Below are positions 11,574 to 21,105 of a stretch of DNA of 64,000 nucleotides, piece by piece. Numbering within the stretch: position 1 is the stretch's first letter; every line of letters starts with the position of its first letter. The position numbers and the translations under genes were made by a program. The notes beneath the pieces are model-generated. The model searched no databases. It saw nothing but the letters and a program-made list of their open reading frames with translations, and had not been told where the DNA came from. Source of the DNA: an uncultured Verrucomicrobiae bacterium (GTDB lineage: Bacteria; Verrucomicrobiota; Verrucomicrobiia; Chthoniobacterales; Chthoniobacteraceae); the NCBI GenBank assembly GCA_963769025.1, contig CAVYKI010000009.1, positions 608,001 through 672,000 of the forward strand, written 5' to 3'.

Positions 11574-13688
11574 ATGAGCTTTCGCTGGCCGTTCGGAAGG
11601 ACCGCTAAGCCGGAAACAAAGGCTTCAACAGTGGAGGAAGTTTCCGGTGACGGTGAAGTATTGCGCGGGGAAGGTGCGGAACGGGATGGCGCATTAGGAC
11701 TGGATGGGAAGGCCTTTCATCCGCACCCGGTTCTTTCGCTCATTCCTCCGAAAATCCTCAAGCGCCTGCTGAATGATTCGGCCTTCATCGAACTGCCAAA
11801 AGGCGACGTGGTCTTCCGTCGGGGCGAACCGTGCGACGCGATTTTTCTGATCATCAGCGGGCGCTGTGAATCCCGCGATCCATCGGGCGCCGTCGAACGA
11901 ATCTCCGGGCCCGGTGACACGATCGGGGAACGTGCATTCCTGAACCGCGAGCCTTACCGCTCCACGGCGGTCGTCTCCACCCACTGCGTCGTGCTGCGCA
12001 TCAGCACGCACGAACTGCTGGAGCTGTTCGAGAAGGACCCGAGTTTTGCGGGGCGTTTCTCCCATGCGCTCGCCGGGCGCTTTCAGGTCGTCGGTGAAAC
12101 GCTGATGCCCAAACGCGTGCAGCGCATCGTTTCCCTCCTGTCCCTTTCGGACCAGGTGGATGACCGCGAAGTCGTGACGCGCCTGGCGGAGGAACTCCGC
12201 ACCATCACCGGGCAGCAGGTCCTCATGGTCCACTTCGGCCCGGGGCACGAGTCGGTCGCGCTCGACGACTGGCCAAAGGTGGGCCGGCACCTCAACGGAA
12301 GCTTCGCATTCAAGCCGCACGTGAAGCAGTCGGCGCGTGGCATCGACGAATTGCGGCTCAACGTCAGCCCGGAATCCGTCGCCGCAAACTCCGTGCCGCC
12401 GATGCTCAGCCACTGCGGCCGGCACTACGATTATGTGATTCTCCATGTCGCCGCCGCGACGCCGATGGGGCCGGCGCTCGAATGCCTGATCCAGTCGGAC
12501 CTCGCCTACGTCGTCGTGCAGCCTGGAAAGCGGACCTTCGAGGATTTCGCGACGCTCATGGACAAGCTGTCGGAACAGGCGCGCGGTGCGAGCGACCACG
12601 TGAAGCCGATCGTGGTCGTGGATGAAAGGCTGGACCGCTCGGAATTCCGCGACTTGATTGCAGGGCTGAATCTCCCGGTGCATTCGTTCGCGCACGGGTT
12701 CCCGGTTCATGGCGCGGGCGGTGATCGCCGGTTCGACCTGCACGTGCGACGCCTCGCCCGCGAAATCGCGCGTTGCCGCATCGGCCTCGCCCTTTCATCC
12801 GGCGGTGCAAAGGGCCTCGCGCACATCGGCGTGATCCAGGTGCTCGAAGAAAATGGGATCGAGGTGGACTGCATCGCCGGTTCGAGCATGGGCGCATATA
12901 TCGGCGGCCTCTGGGCCAACGGCGCCGACGGCGTGCGTCTCGAGGAAATCGCGCGCGAAAACGAAAACCGGTGGGGCCTTCTCTCGCTGTTCGATCCCGT
13001 CCTGCCGCCGCGTCGCGGATTCCTCCGGACCCGGCGCGTCATGGCGCGGCTCCGTCGCTCCATTGGCGACGCGTGGTTCTGCGATCTGGTGCGCCCGCTG
13101 CGCATCACGGCCACGAATCTGGACACGCTTGAGCGCCTCGTCTTTTCGCAGGGCGATGTCGGCAACGCGATCGAGGCGAGCATCGCCATCCCCGGGATCA
13201 TCGTCCCGGTGACGCTCGACGGCGAGACACTCATCGATGGCGGGATCGCGGATCCGTTGCCGGTCGATATCTTGCTGGAGATGGGCATCGAGCGAATCAT
13301 CGCGGTGAACGTCATCCCGCCGCCAGAGCGGCTCCGCGAATGGCACGCGCAAAAATGCATGCCGAGGGACATGGTCGCCGAGGGCCGCGGGCTGGGCACG
13401 ATGTTCAACCGTCACTTGAACTATTTTGCAAAGGGCAACGTCCTCGACACGCTGCTCCAGGCCATCAGCGGCGCGCAGACCCGCGTCGCCGAGACATCGG
13501 GAGAAAAGGCCGACGTCCTCCTGCGTCCGCTCTCCTGCGGGGCGCGATGGCATGATTTTACCAACCCCGGAAAATACATCGCCCTCGGCCGCGAGGCAGC
13601 CGAGGCGCAACTGCCAAAAATGATAGCCCTCGCAAAAGGAACCCCCCATGAAAACATCCCGCTTCCGGCCGTTGCCGGTGTTGCGTAA
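11574..13688 (+). CDS. cNMP-binding domain + patatin-like phospholipase (NTE family)
   Basis: cNMP domain (VFRRGEPCDAIFLIISG...GERAFL...RSTA); patatin SSGGAKG, AGSSMG (GxSxG) and LIDGG motifs. Confidence 0.9.
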   Translation: MSFRWPFGRTAKPETKASTVEEVSGDGEVLRGEGAERDGALGLDGKAFHPHPVLSLIPPKILKRLLNDSAFIELPKGDVVFRRGEPCDAIFLIISGRCESRDPSGAVERISGPGDTIGERAFLNREPYRSTAVVSTHCVVLRISTHELLELFEKDPSFAGRFSHALAGRFQVVGETLMPKRVQRIVSLLSLSDQVDDREVVTRLAEELRTITGQQVLMVHFGPGHESVALDDWPKVGRHLNGSFAFKPHVKQSARGIDELRLNVSPESVAANSVPPMLSHCGRHYDYVILHVAAATPMGPALECLIQSDLAYVVVQPGKRTFEDFATLMDKLSEQARGASDHVKPIVVVDERLDRSEFRDLIAGLNLPVHSFAHGFPVHGAGGDRRFDLHVRRLAREIARCRIGLALSSGGAKGLAHIGVIQVLEENGIEVDCIAGSSMGAYIGGLWANGADGVRLEEIARENENRWGLLSLFDPVLPPRRGFLRTRRVMARLRRSIGDAWFCDLVRPLRITATNLDTLERLVFSQGDVGNAIEASIAIPGIIVPVTLDGETLIDGGIADPLPVDILLEMGIERIIAVNVIPPPERLREWHAQKCMPRDMVAEGRGLGTMFNRHLNYFAKGNVLDTLLQAISGAQTRVAETSGEKADVLLRPLSCGARWHDFTNPGKYIALGREAAEAQLPKMIALAKGTPHENIPLPAVAGVA

Positions 13689-15141
13689 GTGGCAACTCGG
13701 CCGCCTGCGCGATTATCTCCGCGACACCGTCCTCCCGTTTTCGGCGCATTACTCGTCGATGTTCCGCCGCGAAGGCATCGACCCCGCGCGCCTCGAAACG
13801 GCCGACGATCTCCGGCGCATTCCCTTCACCACCAAGGCCGACTTTTCCGCGACCGCGGGCGAGCCTGATCCGATCCGCGCATTCGTGCTCCAGCCGGACA
13901 AGCGCGTGCTCTCCCGCCGGTTCTCGACGATCGCGAGCGCGCTCTTCCGCGGGCGGCGCGCGGTGGAGAAAAAATTTGAGCACGAGTTCCGGCCGGTATT
14001 TCTCACCAGCACCACCGGGCGCAGTGCCGACCCCGTGCCATTCCTTTTCACCGGGCACGACATCGCGAATCTCAAGCTTGCCGGGCGGCGCATGATGGAA
14101 GTGTGCGCGGCGAATCGCGAGATGCGGATGGTGAACATGTTCCCCTTCGCGCCGCACCTCGCGTTCTGGCTCACTCATTACGCGGGGACGGAATTTGGCG
14201 TGTTTGTCGTATCGACCGGCGGTGGAAAGACGATGGGCACTGAGGGAAACCTGCGCCTCATCCGCAAGATCCGCCCGGATGTGCTCATCGGCATGCCGAC
14301 GTTCATCTACCACGTCATGACCGAGGCGGTGAACGAGAAGATCGAACTCCCGAACCTCAGGAAAATCGTCCTCGCCGGCGAAAAGACACCGGCGGGCATG
14401 CGGAACAAGCTGCGCGAACTTGCCCGCGAGATGGGCGCCCCGAAGGTGGAAGTGCTGCGCACGTATGGATTCACCGAGGCGAAACTCGCGTGGGCGGAGT
14501 GCCCGTACGAGGAGGACGCCGGCAGCGCGGGCTACCACGTCCATCCCGATCAGGCGTTCATCGAGATCGTCGATCCCGCCACCGGCGAGCCGCGTGGCGA
14601 AGGCGAACCCGGCGAGATTGTTTTCACGCCGCTCGACGCACGCGGCAGCGTCGTGCTGCGCTACCGCACGGGTGATGTGATCGATGGCGGCCTGTTTTAC
14701 GAGGCGTGCCCGTTCTGCGGACTCGCGGTGCCGCGGCTGATCGGGGAGATTTCCCGCCGCTCCGATGTGCACGACCTGCACTTCGACAAGCTCAAGGGAA
14801 CGCTCGTCGATTTCAACCAGCTCGAGCACGTCCTCGACAACGCGGCGCACGTCGGCACGTGGCAACTCGAACTCCGCAAGCGCCACGACGACCCCCTGGA
14901 AGTGGACGAACTCGTGCTCCATGTCTCCAAGTCCGACGACTGCGACGAGGAGACGCTGAAAAAGAATCTCATCTCGCACTTCGCCGCGGGAACGGAGATT
15001 CACCCGAACCGCGTGGAGTTTCACACCGAGAACGAAATGCGCGAACTCCAAGGGGTGGGCACGGCGCTGAAGGAAATGCGCGTGGTGGACCATCGCCCGG
15101 CGGCAAACGGCGCGGCCAAACCGGGGGTTCATCATGGCTGA
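13648..15141 (+). CDS. Phenylacetate-CoA-ligase-like (PaaK family) AMP-forming ligase
   Basis: LRRIPFTTKAD, TSTTGRS P-loop, TYGFTE, LRYRTGD motifs. Confidence 0.85.
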   Translation: MKTSRFRPLPVLRKWQLGRLRDYLRDTVLPFSAHYSSMFRREGIDPARLETADDLRRIPFTTKADFSATAGEPDPIRAFVLQPDKRVLSRRFSTIASALFRGRRAVEKKFEHEFRPVFLTSTTGRSADPVPFLFTGHDIANLKLAGRRMMEVCAANREMRMVNMFPFAPHLAFWLTHYAGTEFGVFVVSTGGGKTMGTEGNLRLIRKIRPDVLIGMPTFIYHVMTEAVNEKIELPNLRKIVLAGEKTPAGMRNKLRELAREMGAPKVEVLRTYGFTEAKLAWAECPYEEDAGSAGYHVHPDQAFIEIVDPATGEPRGEGEPGEIVFTPLDARGSVVLRYRTGDVIDGGLFYEACPFCGLAVPRLIGEISRRSDVHDLHFDKLKGTLVDFNQLEHVLDNAAHVGTWQLELRKRHDDPLEVDELVLHVSKSDDCDEETLKKNLISHFAAGTEIHPNRVEFHTENEMRELQGVGTALKEMRVVDHRPAANGAAKPGVHHG

Positions 15142-16357
15142 TACCCGCCTCGCAATCATCGACGGCCTGCGCACGCCTTTCTGCAAAATGGGGACGGACC
15201 TCGCGGCGCTCCCCGCCGACGAACTCGGACGCATCGCCGTGAGCGCGCTGCTCGCGAAAACAGGCCTCGATCCCACGCTTGTGGACGAAGTCCTCATCGG
15301 CTGCGTGTGCCAGCCGTTCGACGCGGCAAACGTCGCCCGCGTCATCGCCCTGCGCGCCGGCATTCCCGAGTCCGTTCCGGCGGCGACGGTGAACCGCAAC
15401 TGCGCCTCCGGCATGGAATCGATCACCTCTGCCGCCGAGCGAATGGCCGCGGGCCGCGGATCCATTTTCATCGTCGGCGGCGCCGAGAGCATGACGAATG
15501 TGCCGCTGCTCTACCGTCCCGAGGCAGCGCGGAAATTCGGGAAGCTCGCGAAGGCAAAGTCCGCGACCGAGAGTCTCGCCGCGATGGCGCGTTTTCGCGT
15601 CAGCGATTTCCAGCCGCGTGTAGGCCTCCAGATGGGCCTCACCGATCCCGTGTCAGGCCTGAACATGGGCGAGACCGCCGAACTGCTCGCGCGGGAAAAT
15701 GGAATCTCACGCGAGGCGCAGGACGCCTTCGCGCACCACTCGCACGAGCGCGCCGTCGCCGCGGCTGACGCGCTGGCCGGCGAAATCTGCCCCGTCTATG
15801 TGAATGGCACCGCCATCCAGCGCGACAACGGCCCGCGCGCGGACAGTTCGGTCGCCGGGCTCGCGAAGCTGCGGCCCGTCTTCGACAAGTATGGCAGCGT
15901 GACCGCCGGCAATTCCTCGCAGGTCACCGATGGCGCCGTGGCGTTGCTCGTCACGTCCGCAAAGCGCGCGAGCGAACTCGGCCTCAAGCCGCTCGGTTTC
16001 CTCGCCCACTACGCCTACACCGGATGCGATCCCGCGCGCATGGGCCTCGGCCCCGTGAGCGCCATCGAGAAGGCATCCAAGCATGCCGGGTTGAAAACTG
16101 ACGATGCCGACATCGTCGAAATCAACGAGGCATTCGCCGCGCAGGTCCTCGCGGTGCTCCAGCGCGTCGAGGTGCCGGCGGAAAAGCTGAACGTCAACGG
16201 CGGCGCAATCGCGCTCGGCCACCCGGTCGGCGCGACCGGCGCGCGGCTCGTCCTCACTGCGCTGCGCGAACTCCAGCGCCGCGGCGGCCATCGCGCGCTG
16301 GTGTCCCTGTGTGTCGGCGGCGGGCAGGGCGCCGCGCTTTGGCTGGAGAGGACCTGA
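15134..16357 (+). CDS. fadA: Acetyl-CoA C-acyltransferase (thiolase, FadA/FadI type)
   Basis: NRNCASG, EINEAFA, NVNGGAIALGHPVGATG, SLCVGGGQG. Confidence 0.93.
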   Translation: MADTRLAIIDGLRTPFCKMGTDLAALPADELGRIAVSALLAKTGLDPTLVDEVLIGCVCQPFDAANVARVIALRAGIPESVPAATVNRNCASGMESITSAAERMAAGRGSIFIVGGAESMTNVPLLYRPEAARKFGKLAKAKSATESLAAMARFRVSDFQPRVGLQMGLTDPVSGLNMGETAELLARENGISREAQDAFAHHSHERAVAAADALAGEICPVYVNGTAIQRDNGPRADSSVAGLAKLRPVFDKYGSVTAGNSSQVTDGAVALLVTSAKRASELGLKPLGFLAHYAYTGCDPARMGLGPVSAIEKASKHAGLKTDDADIVEINEAFAAQVLAVLQRVEVPAEKLNVNGGAIALGHPVGATGARLVLTALRELQRRGGHRALVSLCVGGGQGAALWLERT

Positions 16358-16360
16358 ATC

Positions 16361-18427
16361 ATGCAAACAATCGACCGCACCATCCTCGGCGACGGCACCT
16401 GCGTCCTCACATTCGACCGCCCGGATTCCCCGGTGAACATCTTCGATGTGCCGACGCTCAAGGAACTGGACGCGCATCTCGGCAACCTCGCCGACGTGCG
16501 GACGCTCATTCTCACGAGCGCGAAGAAGTCCGTCTTCGTCGCCGGCGCGGACATCCATCTTTTTCAAAAGATGAGCATGGAGGAGCTGACCGCCTTCGTT
16601 GATATCGGGCAGGCCGTCTTCAACCGACTCGCTGCGCTGCCGATTCCCACGGTGGCCGCGATCCACGGCGCCGCTGTCGGCGGCGGCTACGAACTGGCGC
16701 TCGCGTGCGACTGGCGCGTCGCATCGCCGGACGCGGCGACAAAGATCGGCCTGCCGGAAACGAAGCTCGGGCTCATCCCCGCGTGGGGCGGCTCCACGCG
16801 CCTGCCGCGGCTCATCGGCGTGCCCGGTGCGCTGGATGTGATCCTCGGCGGCAAGACCGTCTCCGCCCGCCACGCGCTGAAGCTCGGGATGATCGACGAG
16901 GTCGCGCCGCGCGATGCGCTCATCAAGGCCGCGATGATCCTCGCGGAAAAAGGAAAGCATCCGCGCAGCCTCACGCATTCCGCGCCGGTGAACGCGGCGG
17001 TCTCCGCCGTCGTCGCGCACAAGGCCAGGGCCGACGTCCGGCGGCGGACGCGCGGCAATTACCCCGCCGTGGACAAGGCGCTCGACGTGATCCTGCACGG
17101 CTCCGGCGCATGGGACGAGGCGACATCGTTCGCGCGCGAGCGCGCGGCGATCCTCGAGCTCGCCGGCCTCGAAGCGACCCGGAATCTGATCCGCATTTTC
17201 TTCCTGCAGGAGCATGCGAAAAAATCCTCCGCACCAGCCGGTCCGAAGGTTGAGCACGCCGCCGTGATCGGCGCCGGAGTGATGGGAGCAGGCATCGCGC
17301 AATGGCTGGGCACACGCGGGCTGCGGGTCGTGTTGCGCGACGTGGATGCGGCGCGCGTCGCTGCCGGCATGGCTGGCATCGCCAAGCTTTTCTCCGACGG
17401 CGTGCGGGCCCGCGCGCTCACCGAGCACGAGGCGCGCACGGCGCTGGATCGCATCACGCCCGCCGCCGCGGAGGTTCCGCTGCAGGGCACGGAAATCATC
17501 ATTGAGGCAGCCGTCGAGAAGATGGCTGTGAAGAAAACGATCTTCCAGCGGCTCGACGAACTCGTGTCGAAGGACGCCATCCTCGCGACGAACACCTCCG
17601 CACTGTCCATCACGGAGCTTGCCGCGGCGACGCGCCATCCCGAGCGCGTGGTCGGCATCCATTTTTTCAATCCGGTCCACAAGATGCAGCTCGTCGAAGT
17701 GGTCACCGGCGATGCGACCGCGCCGGAGGTCGCGCAGCGCGCGGTGCAATTCGTCCAGCGGATCGGCAAACTACCGGTGGTCGTGCGCGATCGCCCGGGC
17801 TTCCTCGTGAATCGCATCCTCCTGCCGTACCTCGTCGAGGCGGGCGACCTGTTTGCGGCCGGTGCCGACCCCCTCGCGATCGACGAGGTGATGCTCGATT
17901 TCGGAATGCCCATGGGGCCGCTGCGCCTCGCGGACGAGGTCGGCATCGACATCGCCGCCGACGTCGCCGCCACGCTTGCCGCAGCGTTTCCGAAGCGGAT
18001 GCACGCGCCGGCGATCCTCGGCAAAATGATCGGCGCGAACCTGCTGGGCAGGAAATGCGGCGCCGGGTTCTACCGTCACGTGCGTGGCGATGAACCGGTC
18101 GTGAACCCCGACGCGATCGCATTGCGTCCCTCGGGCGCGACGCCCGAAAGACTCGGCGAACGGCTGGCGCTGCTCATGGTCAATGAAGCCGCCGCGTGTC
18201 TCGGCGAATCGGTCGCCGCGAGCGCTGGCGACGTCGATCTCGCGATGGTGATGGGCACCGGCTGGGCACCCTTCCGCGGCGGCCCGCTGCGATATGCGGA
18301 TTCGCTCGGCGCGCGGCATGTCTTCGATGCCCTCTCGCAGCTCGCAGAAACCGCAGGACCGCACTACGCGCCATGCGCATTGATCGCGGAGTTGGCAAAG
18401 ACCGGAGGCCGCTTTCATGAAAACTGA
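16361..18427 (+). CDS. fadJ: Enoyl-CoA hydratase / 3-hydroxyacyl-CoA dehydrogenase (FadB/FadJ type)
   Basis: AGADI, GGGYELALACD, GLPETKLG; VIGAGVMGAGIA, TNTS, GIHFFNPV, PGFLVNRIL. Confidence 0.92.
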   Translation: MQTIDRTILGDGTCVLTFDRPDSPVNIFDVPTLKELDAHLGNLADVRTLILTSAKKSVFVAGADIHLFQKMSMEELTAFVDIGQAVFNRLAALPIPTVAAIHGAAVGGGYELALACDWRVASPDAATKIGLPETKLGLIPAWGGSTRLPRLIGVPGALDVILGGKTVSARHALKLGMIDEVAPRDALIKAAMILAEKGKHPRSLTHSAPVNAAVSAVVAHKARADVRRRTRGNYPAVDKALDVILHGSGAWDEATSFARERAAILELAGLEATRNLIRIFFLQEHAKKSSAPAGPKVEHAAVIGAGVMGAGIAQWLGTRGLRVVLRDVDAARVAAGMAGIAKLFSDGVRARALTEHEARTALDRITPAAAEVPLQGTEIIIEAAVEKMAVKKTIFQRLDELVSKDAILATNTSALSITELAAATRHPERVVGIHFFNPVHKMQLVEVVTGDATAPEVAQRAVQFVQRIGKLPVVVRDRPGFLVNRILLPYLVEAGDLFAAGADPLAIDEVMLDFGMPMGPLRLADEVGIDIAADVAATLAAAFPKRMHAPAILGKMIGANLLGRKCGAGFYRHVRGDEPVVNPDAIALRPSGATPERLGERLALLMVNEAAACLGESVAASAGDVDLAMVMGTGWAPFRGGPLRYADSLGARHVFDALSQLAETAGPHYAPCALIAELAKTGGRFHEN

Positions 18428-20279
18428 CACCACTCCCACCGAGACGCCCTCAAGCATCATCGACACGTCGAAGATGTCGCCGGAGCAGCGCGCCGCGCTC
18501 GAACTGACCGAGGCCGCACGCGAGGTGACGCGGGACACCTTTGCGGGCGATCTGTTCCTCGGCCGGCTGAATTTCTGCGCGCTGCACCCGTTTCCGAAAC
18601 AAAGCCAGGAGGACCGCGATCAAGGTGACGCCTTCCTGGGCAAGCTCGCCTCCTTCCTGCGCGATGAGACCGATCCGGACGAGATCGATGCGACGGGCGA
18701 AATCCCGCAGCATGTGATCGACGGCCTCGCGAAACTCGGCGCGTTCGGAATCAAGGTCCCGACGAAATATGGCGGCCTCGGCCTCTCGCAGACCAATTAT
18801 TGCCGCGCCGCGATCCTCCTCGGAAGCCACTGCGGAAACCTCACGGCGTTGCTGTCCGCGCATCAGTCCATCGGCGTTCCGCAGCCGCTCATCCTTTTCG
18901 GCACCGAGGAGCAAAAGCAGCGCTACCTCCCGCGCGTCGCTGGCGGCGAGATTTCGGCATTCGCGCTCACGGAGGTGAAGGTCGGCTCCGATCCCGCGAA
19001 GATGGAGACGCACGCGGAGCCGACCGCCGACGGACAGCACTTCATCCTCAATGGCGAAAAGCTGTGGTGTACGAATGGGACGCAGCGCCGGCGTGATCGT
19101 GGTGATGGCGAAGACGCCGCCGAAGGACGGGAAGAAGCAGGTCACCGCATTCATCGTCGATGTCGACGAGCCCGGGCGTGGAGGTCGTCCGCCGCTGTCA
19201 TTTCATGGGGCTGCGCGCGCTCTACAACGGCGTGATCCGTTTCCGCGACGTGCGCGTGCCGCGCGAAAACATCCTGCTCGCGGAAGGGAAGGGGCTGCGC
19301 GTCGCGCTGACGACGCTCAACACCGGCCGCCTCACGCTGCCCGCCGCATGCACGGGCCTCGCGAAGCGCTGCCTGGAGATTTCTCGGAAGTGGGCGGCGG
19401 AGCGCGTGCAATGGGGCGCGCCCGATCGGCAAGCACGCCGCCATCGCCGAAAAGCTGGCGCGGATGGCCGCCGAGGTCTTTGCGATGGAAGCGATGACGC
19501 TCTATACGGCAAGCCTCGTGGATCGCGACAAGCACGCGGACGTGCGACTCGAGGCGGCGATGTGCAAGCTGTGGGCCACCGAGCGGTCGTGGGAGATCGT
19601 GAACGAGACCATGCAGATTCGCGGCGGACGCGGATACGAAACCGCGCAATCGCTTGCGGCGCGCGGCGAGCCGGGCATCGCGGTGGAGCGGTTCCTGCGG
19701 GATTCGCGCATCAACACGATCTTCGAGGGTTCGAGCGAGATCATGCGCCTCTTCATCGCCCGCGAGGCGCTCGACCCGCATCTCCGTGTCGGAGCGCCGG
19801 TGTTGAATTCGCAATTGCCATTCAAACAGCGCGCGGGCGCCGCGATGAAGGCCGCCGCATTTTACTCCCGCTGGTATCCGATGATGTGGCTGCCACGGTT
19901 CCAGCGCGTTCCGCTCGATGGCAGGCTCGCACGCCACGTCCGCTGGGCGGAACGCGCCACGCGCCGGCTCGCGCGCAGGCTTTTCCATTCGATGATCCGC
20001 TTTGGCCCGAAGCTCGAACGCGAGCAGGTGCTGTTGGGCCGCTTCGTGGACATCGCCACGGAAATCTTCGCCATCACCGCGACCTGTGCGCGTGCGGAGA
20101 GCCTCGGCAATGGCGATGCATGCGGCGTGGCAGACTACTTCTGCCGCATTTCCAGGGCGCGGATCAGGCAGCTTTTCGCCGGCGTTTCATCGAACTCTGA
20201 CCGCGAAGGCTACAAGCTCGCGCAGCGTCTGCTCTCCGGCGAAGAGTCGTGGCTTGAGGTCGGAATCCTGCCGGAATAG
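18417..20279 (+). CDS. fadE: Acyl-CoA dehydrogenase (ACAD9/VLCAD-like), frameshifted near 19085, 19180 and 19425
   Basis: [23 protein letters not shown]; next frame [11 protein letters not shown]; next frame [24 protein letters not shown]. Confidence 0.88.
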
Positions 20280-20294
20280 ATCTCGTTTTCACCC

Positions 20295-21041
20295 GTGGAA
20301 ATCATCGCCCACCGCGGCGCCTCGCATGACGCGCCGGAGAATACGATCGCTGCATTCCAGCTCGCGTGGGAGCAGCATGCCGACGCAGTGGAACTCGACA
20401 TCCAGCTCACGAAGGACGGGCGGATTGTCGCTTTCCACGACCTCACCACGAGGCGTATCGCAGGCATGGACAGGCGCGTGGACGCGCAGACGTACGATGA
20501 ACTGAGGGGGCTCACCGCCCGATTCCCGCAGGGCGCGCACATCCCGTCGATCGAGGAGACGCTCGCCACCGTCCCGGACGGCAAACGGCTTTTCATCGAG
20601 ATCAAGTGCGGTCCGGAAATTCTGCCGGGCCTCGAAAGAGCGCTGAGCGCTTCGGGCAAGTCCGCGGAACAAGTCGTTCTCATCGGCTTTGACATCGAGA
20701 CGATGAAGCAAGCGCGGGCGCGCTTTCCCGGCGGGACCGTTTGCTGGGTGGTGGCTTCGAAAAAGTGGAGTTTTGGCAGGGCACCGTCGGTCGCCGGGGT
20801 GATTGCCGCGGCAAAGTCAGCGCAGCTCGACGGACTCGATGTCGATGCCCGCTTTGCGATCGACGCGACATTTGTTGGCAAGGTGAGGGAAGCGGGACTG
20901 AAGCTGTTCGTCTGGACCGTGGACGACGCGAAGGCCGCGAGGAAACTCGCTGCGCTCGGCGTGGATGGCATCACCACCAACCGCCCGGGCTGGCTGCGGG
21001 AGCAACTGGAATCACGCACGCCGCAAATCAAGCGACCGTAG
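20295..21041 (+). CDS. Glycerophosphodiester phosphodiesterase
   Basis: IIAHRGAS..APENT, ELDIQLTKDG, IEIK, WTVDD, GVDGITTNRP. Confidence 0.93.
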   Translation: MEIIAHRGASHDAPENTIAAFQLAWEQHADAVELDIQLTKDGRIVAFHDLTTRRIAGMDRRVDAQTYDELRGLTARFPQGAHIPSIEETLATVPDGKRLFIEIKCGPEILPGLERALSASGKSAEQVVLIGFDIETMKQARARFPGGTVCWVVASKKWSFGRAPSVAGVIAAAKSAQLDGLDVDARFAIDATFVGKVREAGLKLFVWTVDDAKAARKLAALGVDGITTNRPGWLREQLESRTPQIKRP

Positions 21042-21105
21042 CGGCGAGCGTTGTCCCGGCGCGGCTTGGATGGAGGAACTGGAGACTCGACTCTTTGGTG
21101 CGCGT

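Noticed and set aside
13558..17749. Long minus-strand ORFs of 644 and 680 aa
   Set aside because: Antisense to well-supported fad genes; expected in high-GC DNA.
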